Origin: Lama glama
Lineage: Eukaryota
Direction: 5' to 3'
Assembly: GCA_028534125.1 (NCBI GenBank)
Contig: CM052817.1
Span: forward strand, 78,058,001-78,122,000
DNA length: 64,000 bases
The translations under genes and the position numbers were made by a program. Positions 12,424-24,711 of this stretch are shown here, in pieces. Each line of letters starts with the position of its first letter. Within the stretch, counting starts at the first letter, position 1. The notes below the pieces were generated by a model. It was not told the origin of the DNA. It saw nothing but the letters and a program-made list of their open reading frames with translations, and made no database searches.

Positions 12424-13159
12424 GAGTTTATAAAAAAAAGTCATAATTCTAAACTAGTTGCAGTTGGCTTGGCCATTTTATTGCTTCCTTGATGAAATGA
12501 AGGAGTTGAACTAAACAATATCTAAGGTTGCTTTACAACATGTGACCTGTGTCTGTGATTCCATGAAGAATCCATACTTTATAATATTGCTCATTTTGTT
12601 CTTATATTTTAATCATCTTGTGTGTATTTTAATACCAGAAATTCTATCAAATTGTTAATGATTGATATTCATATTACATGTTACAAAAAATAAATATTTG
12701 AAAACAGTCTATTGAGATGAGGATATACTTTCAAAACACCGCTAGTTCTGAGTACTACCATTATTTGCAGGGTGGGAGAAAAGGAAATATGTAAGTGAAG
12801 TTTTTTATGACTTCTGCTTATTTGAGAAACTTACTGTCTGGGACAGGGAAGAAGAGCAAACAAAAAAAATGAAATTTTGCTAGGATCAGAGAGCAATGTC
12901 AAGTTTTCATCTAGCTCATCCACTTGTGATCATGACTAACTAAATACAGCTTACAGGAGGGACAGCTTTTTTAGTTATGATGGAATAAATTCCTTGGCAA
13001 ACCTATAGCCTTGGCATGTGTTATAGCATAAAAAATAGACGTAAACTGTTTCGGAAGTGAACTTTCCTTTGGTAGGATTAAGGGGAGGAAAGAATTCAAT
13101 ATCACTAAATTAACCTGTTGAGGTAACTAAGGAAAAATGGATTGCTCTTTGGCGGATAA

Positions 13160-13358
13160 CAGTAGACAGTGGAAAGCCCTGTGGTCTGGGATGGCAGACT
13201 TTAATTTGAAGACTTCCTCCAACACTTACTTAGGTCTCAGGTCTTGAGCAAGTTTCTTAATCTGAATTTCAGTGAATTCTTAGCAACAACTGGGATAATC
13301 ATGACCTCCGCATTTCTTTGAGGATTAACATGGTAAAAAGTAAAATCCTAACACGGTG
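13160..13358 (+). mobile_element. MIR
   Basis: cacttacttagg...cttgagcaagtttcttaatc...gggataat...tgaggattaa. Confidence 0.65.
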
Positions 13359-14559
13359 ATTCTGAGCCACAGGCACTGCCTCTCCTTTTAGTTTGCTTGT
13401 TTTTACCCCCTCACTGAAAAATAAACTACTGTTTTTTTTTCAACATTGTAGAAGGAAGAATTAATAAGTGAATGACTTAAGAGTAAGACCGTATTAACAT
13501 CCTAGGCTGTGGTTGGTATTTGAAAACATTTCAATAATGCAGAATTTTTAAGCAACCAAAAAGAAGTTGAAGGGTGGCAGATGAAATGTGAGGTGGCATT
13601 AGCAGCAAAGACGGCCAAAGGACATCTGGGGTGTGACTGTTTCTGCTTCCACTGGTCTGGGTGCCTCACCAGCACTGTTCAGCACTTCTGCGTTTGCTTT
13701 CGGAGGTCAGTGCTCTTCACAACTCTAATTCATCCTCACTACACTTAGGACAAATACCACCTCTTTAAAAGCCCAGCTATTCATTTAGTATATACAAAGG
13801 CCTAATGTAAAAGCGACCAGTAACATTTTAGGGTAGAAATACCAATCATTTTATATAGACTATTTACAAAACTTTTTTATTTGAATGTCCTAATGCAGAA
13901 GCAACATTTTAAAATAATTTACTCTTTAGCAAATGAGATTGCATCATTTCTGTCTTATCTGTTACAAAGATATAGAGGCTTTTAAAGAGGTAGGTACATT
14001 ACAGATGTATTAAACCTGAAATTTTTGTCCTAAACATATTGAAATAAATTGCAATATTAATATCTACAACAGTGGAAAATGGAAAAACAGAAGTAGAGGA
14101 ACAGCATAAAGAATTCCCTGAGTTTTAAAGTATTTTTTTGACAATTTATAAAAATCAATCATGAAATTAAGTATTTTTTACATTATTTAAATAAATAAAA
14201 TAAACATCATAAGGCTGACAAATGCATCCTATTGCTCCAACTGGTAATTCACCATTACCAGTTTTATTTGTTGAGTGAAATCTGGAAATAGAAGTAAGTG
14301 GAAGAAGATTGTGGGCTGCAGATGGTAATTTAGCACCTAAGCTAGACCTCTTACCTTCCACTAAAGAATCCCGAAGAAGGAAAACTGGGGCATATGAAGA
14401 GAAGAATAGTTAAGAAAGATGTGATATATGAGGAGAATAGGATAGAAGATATATGAAGATAAACTTTTTTTTCAAAATAAATCAACAATGATTAAGTTTC
14501 TACCCTCCAGCAGCTCATCATGTGGTATAGGAAAGGGTAAACACGTAACTGAAAAATTA

Positions 14560-14752
14560 CCAAGAAGATAACACATGAAAAGAATACCCATTATCATTAC
14601 ACATCAAGGAATTGCAAATTAAAAGCTCAATAAAATACCACTCCACTCCTTCTAGAAAGGCTAAATATTTTGAAACTGACAACATCAAATGTTAACAAGA
14701 ATGTGGAACAATTAGGACTCTCATGCATAATCGGTGGGAGTATAAAGTGACA
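14560..14752 (+). mobile_element. L1M ORF2 C-terminal fragment
   Basis: Encodes KELQIKSSIKYH, similar to L1 ORF2 REMQIKTTMRYH; gaatgtggaacaattaggactctcatgcat follows. Confidence 0.8.
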
Positions 14753-16599
14753 TTACCTGGGTATTCTAGACATACCTTTAAGATGGCATTAGGAGCTAAG
14801 AGAATGGATTTTATTCATTTATTGCTTACTTAAAGTAGGACATGATACTACATGTTTGATCCTCCCTGACCTAAAGCACTGGTTTTCTATTTCCCCTAAT
14901 TTTATTGATGGAATAAAATCCTTAGTTAAGAAGACTTGATCTTATTCAAGTATATGTTATGTAATTTGGATAATGACATTAAAACGTTTCTGATATATCT
15001 GGAAACTGTTGAACTTTTCCATGAATCCAATAAATGAACAATCTTTTACTAAACACCTTTTTGAAGTAGAGTAAGTTTCATAACATCTCTCGTTAAGATG
15101 AAAGAAATTTGTTAACCATGTTCCCAGTAATCACTCAGAGACCTGAATATTCTCAGTTCCCAGTATTTATCCTGGGGACTCCGAGGTTTGGGTATCTGCG
15201 CAAGGAGGCAGAAGAAGGTGTTGGGTGGAGGTGCATTAAATGCACAAAAATGTTTTCCACACGAACTTATTGGGGTCTGATTCTAATTGGACTGTAATTT
15301 GCATGGTTAAATTCTCATTGAATCTGGTTATACTTTTTTTTTTTTTTGCAGCTAATAGCATCTGTTACCACTTAGTTTCATATAATGATTTGCTTGACTG
15401 AGAAGTGAATCTTTTTGTTAATTTACTCTAAACGGAGAGGCTGGATTTGCAATCTCCATTCCAGCCCTGTTAGAGCCAATCAGAGGAGCTCAATGTGTAT
15501 ATGTAGTATGCATTTTCCTGCCTAATTATTAAAATTATTCTTATATTTTCTTGGAAACCATAGGTAGTTACCTAAAGAAGACCACTTTAAAATCCTTTAG
15601 GCAGGATTTCAGATTTCAAAAGGTCAAGAACTTGATGATTGGCTGCCGCCAAAATCTTATCTTTGCTTCTTGTTAGTAATTTTCTGGCCATCCCAAAGAG
15701 CATGACAGTTATGCCAAGCCATTGGAAACATGGTTTTGATTAATCTCATCCCGTTTTAAATGTTTTCTGTCATTGTGCTCTTATTATGTTAATCTAAAAA
15801 AAGCTATTACTGTAACAATTCATGCATTCAAGAAATGACCATATTAAGCTATTCAAAGTTCAGTATTGTATTGCAGTATAGTTGAATTCCCTAAAATTAG
15901 CAGAAGATGAAATCACTATTGAGTTCATTATTTCTTCAAGGTTCTTCAATTTGGGAGCAAAGAATTGAGCATGATCTTTCACAGTCAGTCCCATTCTAGG
16001 AGAACTTTGCTGGCCTGCATTGGTATCTCTGCTACGGGATTCTGTGAGAATGGGCCACCGGAAAGGTGCTGACATACTGATCTAATCAGAAAAGGTTAAG
16101 TTCAGCCTCTGGAATAACAGTAGTTGATCAGGATGCACTTCAGCAGAGTGCAGCAGCCCTTGCACTGCCTCTCGTCCAACTGTGTTTTGACCACTTCTGA
16201 TTTACAGCACCTGCTGTGAGGTGGGGCTGGCAGCCTGTGTTCTTTCCCCTGTGTGTCTCCATCACTGAATCACCTCTGCAGGTTCTTTGGGTGGCTAGAC
16301 CTTTCTCATCTCAGGGCTTTCTACCTCTTGCCCTGCAACACCCATTGGCCATTTCAACCATGTTCTCTGTTGCCTCCAATCAGCAGGGTAATGTGTAGTC
16401 TCCTCCATTTATATCAAGCTGTCCCAGATGAGGGGTGGTCATTCTTTGCACAAATGAGACCGATCTCTCTCTGCCATAGGACCCTTTCATAGCCTCCCCA
16501 CAGAGGGCAGTGTATGGAAGGCAGGGGAAAGGATAACAACATACAAGTGCAGTCCTTATCACGTGGCCCTGGTAAGCATTTCACAGCATAGCTGTCGGC

Positions 16600-16850
16600 C
16601 TTCTTCCAGGCCAACAAGGGTGGTTCTCTCCAATATGTCTCCTTCTCTTAAAGTACTTCTGGTGAGGTTTGGCCTACCCAGGATAATCTTTCTTTTCATG
16701 AACCGAAAGTCAACTGGTTAGTAATCTAACTCATGAGTGTTTTCCCATTTTATTCATACATTTCCTCACACTCAAGGGGAGAGGATTATGTAGAGTGTGT
16801 GCACCAGAGGGTGGGAATGCTGGGGACCATCTCAGAATCCTGCCTACCAG
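16600..16850 (-). mobile_element. MaLR LTR 5' part, MLT1E/F-type
   Basis: cctacccaggataatct...aagtcaact...cacactcaaggggagaggattat...ccatctcagaatcctgcctacca. Confidence 0.8.
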
Positions 16851-17154
16851 CCTGAATAGTCCTTTAAAATAATCTTTCAGTTGAGCTGTTTTCTTTCTAA
16901 GTAAACAAAGAAATCATCTGCAGATGATGATTAATGTAACTGTGTTCCAGTTTCATGCAGAACAAATATTAAATTGTCTTCTTCTGACTTTAGTGGTTGT
17001 ACCATATTTCTCCTTTATGTACCATGCTTCGTACGCTCACACACGTAGGCATAGAATGATGTAAATGTATCCATCCATTCGTATTTTGTTAAGAACTTTC
17101 ATTGAGAATGGACATTGAGGACGATAATTTCTTTTCTGCTTTAAGAGATTGTTT

Positions 17155-17310
17155 ATTGTGGTATTTAAAAGCACTCACTGGAGTCAAACTGGCTTGTGTG
17201 TTAATAGTGGCTCTGCTACTAGTTGTGAGCAAGTCACTTTTCTTCTCCGTGGCTGTTCCTTCATTTGCAAAATGGGGATAATAATAATACCTATGTTGAT
17301 GAGTTACTGA
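17155..17310 (+). mobile_element. MIR
   Basis: ctggagtcaaactggc...ggctctgctactag...gagcaagtcactt...ttccttcatttgcaaaatggggataataataatacct. Confidence 0.85.
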
Positions 17311-17882
17311 TTTACTGAATTATCTTGATAGATCCCCTAACAGAAGTATCCTTCCATTACACACATGTGTTTTCCAACCAATAAGTGAATTTTTAAATTT
17401 CCTTTATGTCTTACAATTTCAGGAAGGTTATTTTCTTTAATACAAATGGCTTACTCAAGTGATATAGCTAAATAAACTTACAATGTCATAAATAACTTGA
17501 ACCCAACACTCAGGAATAAAATAATTTGATTTTTAATGTTCAGAATAATATAATTCTTTAAAAAACAAACTCTGAAGTAACTGGTTGGAGTAAAATTTTT
17601 TCTGAATAAATGATTTTATTCACTTTTTAGAGAAAATATTGTGTATATATTTTTGAACTACATTCAAATTCATCAAATGAGCAGAAAGAGCTCTTTGTAA
17701 GGAATTTATTAAATAAGTTGATCAGGAATTGATTTACTTGTTTCTCTGTTTTAAAACTGACCAACACCCAGCTTTTAAGTGCTTATCTATCTAGTGTTTC
17801 TGGAGTACTAATGAGCAGTGCTCAGTGAGGAATCTTTCCGTAATTCTTCTATCCATGCCTTATGTGAATATACAGAAATTTG

Positions 17883-18006
17883 CCAAGGGTGGTACTGAAA
17901 AATATTCAATAGCTACGTGGCCCCAGGCCTGAGCAAGTAGAATGGACGTGGGTTACAAACCACTGGTGTGGCCTCCCTGTCATGTACAAGCTCACCTTTG
18001 ATCCTG
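17883..18006. mobile_element. Short hAT-type MITE remnant (family uncertain)
   Basis: About 120-bp element caagggtggtactgaaaaatattcaatagc...tttgatcctg with decayed cagg/cctg-like termini. Confidence 0.4.
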
Positions 18007-18027
18007 CTGTAACAAAATCAACAGGTA

Positions 18028-18250
18028 ACAAAAGCTAATATTTCCTGAACACTTGCTAAGTGCCAGGCACTCTTCTGATACCCTTATCTGTATTAATTTC
18101 TTTAACTTCCACCAAAACCCTAGGATTTAGGCACTATCGTTATCCTTATCCTACAGCTGAAGAAACAAGCAGAGAGGTCAAGAAACTGACCCAAGGACAC
18201 CAACTCATAAGTGACAGAATCAGGCTCCAATCTCTTAATCATTATGTTCA
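18028..18250 (-). mobile_element. MIR
   Basis: gctaatatttcctgaacacttgctaagtgccaggcact...acagctgaagaaac...gagaggtcaagaaactgacccaaggacac. Confidence 0.85.
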
Positions 18251-18559
18251 ACACCCCCTCCCTCAATACTTATCCCTGTCCCTACCCTATCATCTTCACT
18301 TTGAAGTTTTAGTAGCAATAAAGAGCCTGAAAAAACACTTGATTCTTCCCTACATAATACATTGAACTAAAATTTTGGTCTAAAGTACTTGTTACTGAGC
18401 CTGAAATAGGTATCTTGATGGAAGATTCCTAACAGTGTTAGCCTCATGATTTAAAGAAAGCCATTGTTAATTTTACTTTTGAAATCCATTTAATTTTTAC
18501 ATTAAAAGTTATGCTAAACCTGTTGGGGTTTTTGAAAATTAAAATCTTTTTGTCTGCAG

Positions 18560-18620
18560 GTACATCCTCACCAATTGCATGGTCTACAGATTTTGAAAGT
18601 TTCAAAAATACTGATACAAG
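18560..18620 (+). other. Candidate orphan internal exon (61 nt)
   Basis: Acceptor tctttttgtctgcag| and donor AAG|gtaaga in non-repeat DNA; no product recognised. Confidence 0.3.
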
Positions 18621-20769
18621 GTAAGAATACATTTTCCTACTGGATGAGTAAAGGGTATGAATGTTTCCCTGTGGCTAGAGTGCAATGGTCTGAAATTATG
18701 AAACAGACACTTAAAATGTGGTTGTGGGTGAGGTTTCTTTAGAATTCATTTTAACAAGTGATTTCCAACGCTTCTTCACTTCTATTAGAAAAAAAATTAA
18801 CATTAGAATTTGTATTACCATAAACCTATGAATTTTATTCAAATCTGAGCATAAATCTCATCTTAAAAGAAACATCTGTATGCTTTCGATCATAAAACCT
18901 CTATTCTCTATTGCACTTAGAAGATAAACAACTAATTTCCAGTAAACCAAATGGGGCAATTATGGTTCAGAATTCATGAACATTAGAATATTAACAGCAT
19001 CATCTAGATGGTGCTTGTTGGTATTTGCATGTTCAAATCATTTTAAGTTATAATGATTCAGGAGCTCTAAATAAAAGCATTCATCTGTCAATGTTTTTTT
19101 TTTTTTTTGCAGTGGAGGGGGTCAGTTTTAAAATACTTAGCTCCTGTCATTATTTCTAATCATGGTAGCACTAGATTTCAGATGCTGTGGATGGAAAAAC
19201 TGGAAATGCTTGCAGCTGACTCTGCTTCACGTCCTGCTTTCCCTTCCCACACTGGGGTAACAGCATGAGGAGGGTGAGCAATGCTAACACCCTGATTACA
19301 AACACATTGGCGCCCCACTAGGGAGGATATATGTGCGGAAAGAGCCATTTGAAAGTTACGCCATTTTTCTTTTGAAGTACAGGCGTCTGCGTGACGAATA
19401 ACAAAGTCAAATAAAGATTTAACATTGCAGTAGAAGCAGTGAAATACTCTAAAAGTATCTTCTGACCCCTTATTCTTGTTCACTGAAGTGGTTGTCATGG
19501 AATAAGAGCCTTTGTGGCGGTGTGGTCATAAACAACCTATACTCTTTCTGTCTCATCATTCTTGGGCTGTGGTCATAACACTTTGATGCTTTTTCTAGAA
19601 AAATATTTTCCTTTCCTAATTCTGTCCCTTAGGCATGATTTCCACAGCCTCACATTTGCAGAAATGATTTCTTCTAAAAAAAGAAATCTAATTAAACCAT
19701 TTATCACCTTTTCTTTTTCCAAAAGTGTAGAGTAACAAATTCACCCATAGTCTGCCATGCAGTTGATAGATGGGGAATAAAGATGTAGAGTCATTTATTT
19801 TAGCTGCAGACTTGGGAATAAAATACTTGTTGGGCTACAGGCCAATAGCCTTTCAGAGATGATAGCTTATAGAATGTGGTAAGACCTGGTATAGAAACAT
19901 CCAATGCTCTGTCTTCCACCCCTAATTCCAACCATTAACCCAGAACCGGAGTAATCTAACTCTTTGCATTATACCACAAAGCGTATTTTTGATAGCTTTT
20001 GAAAGATAAAATTAATGTTGCATATAATATCAAATTTCTTTATAGTCTTATGAGAGAATGAAAATAATTGGCCTTGAAAGTATAAGGCTAAGAAAATGAT
20101 ACATAACGCAAAACAATGTAAATTATTTACTACTGATTTCAGTTAATGTTTGCAGCATCAAAAACTGAGTGCCACAGCTTATAATGTATCTAATGGGTTC
20201 TATGCTTATTTCAGAAATAAAGGTAAATGCTCAGGATGGCTGATTAAGGAACATGGAAATCTAGTTGGTTCCATAGTTTATTGTTTTCCTCAAATGTAGT
20301 TCTTGTTATTCAAAGCACAAACAGACAGGCTTACTTCCCTTGCCAAACACAAAACTTTTACATAATTGTTCAATCAGCATTAAAATTTTAAAGTCCCCAT
20401 TTTCTTCTTTATTTTGGAGTTTAGCTTAGAAATTGTCTTTTTCTATGGAAAAAGAAAAACTTCTTTTACTTTTTTCAAAAATGAAAAATATGTTAAATGC
20501 AAGCCAGATTGCCTATCCTAGAGAGATAAACCAAAAATACATGAAAAGACAATTAAAATTATAATACATGTCAAAAAAATGATTATTTGTCAGATGAATG
20601 ATCAAAAATCATGCTAAGATTTCAGAAGAGGAAATCATCACTGACGGTTACCATGGTTAAAAGAGTTCATACAAGGGAAGAAACTGAACTGAACTTTGAA
20701 GGAGGAAAAGGATTTGTATAAACAGGGTGGAAAGGAGAGATCAGATGTGATCAGCAATATAGTACAAAG

Positions 20770-21535
20770 AATTACTGTTTTAGTTGTGGTCACTTTGATG
20801 GCTTTGCACAAGAGACATTTATCACTTACTCATATAACAGTGCAAGGCTGGTGTCTTCCACTCTGTGGTTATCCAGAGACCAAGGGACCTTTCATTTTAT
20901 GGCTCTGACATCCTTTAGGATCCTGTCATTATTTGAAATAAGATAGAAGAAGGAAAGTTATGCTAAGTGAAATAAATCAGACAGACAAAGACAAATACTA
21001 TATGATATCACTTATATGTGGAATCTAACAAATACAACAAACTAGTGAATGTAACAAAAAGGTAGTAGACTCAGAGGACGAACTAGTGGTTACCAGTGGA
21101 AAGAGAGAAGGGAGGAGGGGGAACAGAGGGGTAAGGGATTAAGAGGTACAAACTATTATGTATAAAATAAACTACAGGAATATTATACAACACAGGCAAT
21201 ATAGCCAATATTTTATAATAACTATAAATGGAGTACAACTTTCAAAAATTGTGAATCAATATATTGTACACCTGAAAATATAACATTGTACATCAGCTAT
21301 ACTTCAAGAAATATTGAAAAAAAAGCATACAGTTTTCTTGAATGCCCTGATTGGACATGACACACACAACTCCTGCTCATATTCCACGGATGAAAACCAG
21401 TAACTTGGCCACTCGTAAGCTCGTGGGGAATGTAATCTCTGGCTGGATACCCACTTTCCAGTGACACAGATGGAGAAACCCACAGCTGAGGGTATGAGAA
21501 GAAATTTAGGGTTGGTGGTTTGTTGGTTTCTGACT
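20770..21535 (-). mobile_element. Old MaLR LTR (MLT1I/J/K/L-type) split by an L1 insertion
   Basis: Left part ttatccagagaccaagggacctttcattttatggctctgacatc; right part cacaactcctgctcatattcca...gggaatgtaatctctggctgg; colinear across the L1. Confidence 0.6.
20958..21324 (+). mobile_element. 5'-truncated L1 3' UTR, cetartiodactyl-type, relatively young
   Basis: ttatgctaagtgaaataaatcagacagacaaagacaaatactatatgatatcacttatatgtggaatcta...tgtacatcagctatacttcaa plus A-rich tail. Confidence 0.92.
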
Positions 21536-21609
21536 TTGCTTCTCTTTTCAAATTTCAGTCTAAATGCTCTTCCCTGAGGAATGTCCTCCACAAACAGAGA
21601 TTCCTTACT

Positions 21610-22430
21610 CTCCTAAATGGTTCCTCTGTTTTGTCTTTAGCTCAGAATTTTCTGAAGGTCAAGATCTGCAAATCCATAGCTTGCTAAACCCATCTTTCCC
21701 CGTGGTTATCCTCAGGCATCTAAAATGCAACTTACACAAATGGAAACATTAGCGTCTTCCCAAGTTTGTTCTCATGCCATATAGTCTATCCTGAAGAATG
21801 GCTGTAGTCTCATAGTAACTGCTCAAGCCATAGAGCTTGAAGATATATTTGACTCCTCGCAATCTTTCTCCTTTTTTAAACCATTTGTCTCATCCTTCCC
21901 TTCATCCCTATTCCTTCACTTTCCTCCTGGATTTTTGCAAGGACATCCTGACCTGACTCCTTGATGTCATTGTAGATGCCCTTCAATTCACCCATCATAA
22001 TTTTCTTGGGGTGATATTTCCATACTGTTTATCTGATCTTATTAATCTCCTGTTAAATCTCTTAGGATAAGGTCCAACCACTTAGGTTGATACACCAAGT
22101 TCAGATTCTGCTTATTTTTTAGCCTCTTTCCCCATTATTTTCCAATGTGTTTACCTAGCTAGGGCAATTCCGAACTATGTGTGTTTCCATACATCCTTTC
22201 TGCTTTATATAAAAGCTCTTCCTTTTCCTCCTTCTCCCTGGCCTCTTTCAGCTGTCAGTGTGTCCTCCCCTCCTGTCCCTCTCAAAAATCATACTGTTTC
22301 TTCTGAGAAGAGCTATCCTTGCTCCTTACTTACTGAGATTGGGGTAGATATGTTCACCCTCGCACCTATCAAGTTTTTCTATTCTCGATCTCCTGTCACT
22401 GTGTCTCAAGTATTTATTTCTGTCTGAAAC
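21610..22430 (+). mobile_element. L2 fragment(s)
   Basis: caggcatctaaaatgcaac...tgctcaagccatagagcttgaagatatatttgactcctc...ctcttaggataaggtccaacc. Confidence 0.7.
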
Positions 22431-22434
22431 CATT

Positions 22435-22571
22435 ATGATCTCCTGGGAATTTTAAAGAAATACCCATGAGCAGCCCTCATTCCACACCAATGAAATTGAA
22501 ATCTCTAGATGGGAAATGTTTTAAAAGCTTTGCTAGTGATTCTAGTGTGAAGCCAAGATTGAGAACTGCTG
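22435..22571. mobile_element. MER5-family hAT-Charlie MITE
   Basis: tgaaatctctagatggg...ttttaaaagctttgctagtgattctagtgtgaagccaagattgagaactgctg. Confidence 0.8.
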
Positions 22572-24584
22572 CTGAAGGGAGTTAAGTGTAAGGCACTGCT
22601 GTAAGGCATTGACTATTGAAGGAATTGAGAAAAAAGAGGGAGAGAAAGAGAGGGAGGGATGAAGGAAGGGAAGGAGAACTATATATGTGGAAAAAAAGAG
22701 GAAGAATGGGAATAAATATTCACTAAATATCTCCTTAGTGCCAGGCATACAGGGATTTTAATTGAGCTAAATACTTTGAAGTTTATCCCAGCCAATGTGC
22801 AAACCCTTAAATATATCTTGGGAGCCCTTAAATATTACATGGAAGTAACAATTGTGTTGTCACGACACTAATCAGTGATGGTGTGCTAGGTGAACTCAAA
22901 TAAGGACTGGAGTGAGATCAGTAAAAAATTAACAACTTAATGTTAGTATTAATTGAATCAGAATTATATCATAGTTTATTTTTATTAATTCATTTTTATT
23001 AATAAACGAGTTTATCCCTCCCCAGTGTACATTTTGCCAGAGTCTTTTTTAACACTAACTTCTGCTTGTGACTTTACATCATTTCAGTGCATGTGTGCTG
23101 GTGAAGGTGTTTATGTTCATCTCCACATTTGTCAGCAGCACTGCAGATTGAGCATATGGGGTGAAATCATCTTTGCCACATGTAAGCACATGAGTCCTCC
23201 ATGTCCTGATGTTGGAGTGGTATATACTGAGAAAGAAAATACTTGAAAGGAAACAATAAAGAAAACAAAAATAAAGAAAGTAAAAATAAATGAGGAAAAA
23301 TGTTACAAGTGCTTCTAATTTCAGTAAAGTCTATGATATTTAAATAATTTTAAAATTCCAGAAAGATGATTGGCATTTAGTATTTGTTGAGTTGCTATTT
23401 CAAATGTTTTCTACTTGTTTTAAGTTGATTAATATAAAGGTCCAAAAAATCAATATTGCTATGTTCAAACACAAAGCCACAAGCCTAAGTAGGTAAAAAA
23501 AAGATGGATATTATGGGAAATTGGCTTTTGAACCTTACCTATGGCTTACTGTTCATTTCAAATTCTTCCACTGATATTAATGAAAACCACTATATTTTAT
23601 CATTGAGCCACTGGATTAACCAAAGCTTGAAGCCATCCTTCCCCAGGACTTTCCAGATAGGAGATAAGAGCGTCTATGGAAGCTATCTTGTGTTACTTAT
23701 TTTCCTGCACCAGTTTTCATAGTGAAGGCAGAGACACACTCGCTTTTCTCATGTTTCATTAAATAACTGAAATATATAAACTCTCAAACAAAAGAGAGAT
23801 GGGGTGTCAGGTTGTACTGGGAATATAGAATTATGCTAAATAAGTAAGAAATATGATGTATTTAATATCCAACCTATTTGTTCACCAAGGAGAGACAAAT
23901 ATGTATTTGTGTGTGTATTACATTTCTCAACCCACAACCATATCATTTGCCTCAGTGTGTGATCACCAGTGCTTGAAACAATATCCCAAGAATGCTATAG
24001 CAGTTGGGCAATAAATAAGTTTGTACGTTGGATGGATTTTGGAAAATCAGTTTCTATTGACTACTGGCTAAGCAAATCTTTCTAATACTATTTTGAATGA
24101 TTGTGTCACTCAGAGTCATATTTCTCATTTGTTGCAGTTTCCTAATCTCATATGTTATATAATTCATTCCCCTGAATATACAGCATACCTAGATATAGGG
24201 ATATCTTTGAATTCATTTCCTTTTTTTCTGAAATGATACGACATTCAGGGGGAAATATATCTAATTATTATCTGTCGTCAGCACTCTCAGTAAGCCTCAG
24301 CAAAAAATTGTTAAAATAACTATACAATTAGTTTTATAGATATTTTTAAGCTACATCTATCGGGTAGCCTCCAAAATAGAAGAAGATAATGTTCATATTT
24401 GTTGCTGTTACCCAAGATACTTTTCACCTGAGATAGAATGGTCAGTTATGTGTAAAACAAAACAAAACAAAAAAAACCAAAAAAGAGGCAAAGCAATTTG
24501 ACTGTTGGTGCTCTCCATCATCTACTTCCTTCACAGTCTGCTGTAGCTGCCTGGCTGTCTACTGGTTAAAACTTCTTAACTTAC

Positions 24585-24711
24585 CTCTCTTTTTGTCATA
24601 TAAATATGGTATAATTGCATCACCACATGTGAGATTTAACCCAGAATACACCAGACTCTTCCTTAGGCTTAATACTTGATCTAGGTATCCATGAGAATGG
24701 CTATCAGAGGT
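24585..24711 (-). other. Candidate orphan exon (127 nt), minus strand
   Basis: Minus strand: branch ctgac, tttcccctaaaatcag| ... GAG|gtaagt; one frame open; no product recognised. Confidence 0.2.

Noticed and set aside
18996-19015. 20-bp near-palindrome agcatcatctagatggtgct
   Set aside because: One mismatch, no loop; within chance expectation for 64 kb
19308-19328. CTCF-like gcgccccactaggg (also ggccccctgggtgg near 50919)
   Set aside because: Each needs a 1-nt indel within the core to fit the CTCF motif
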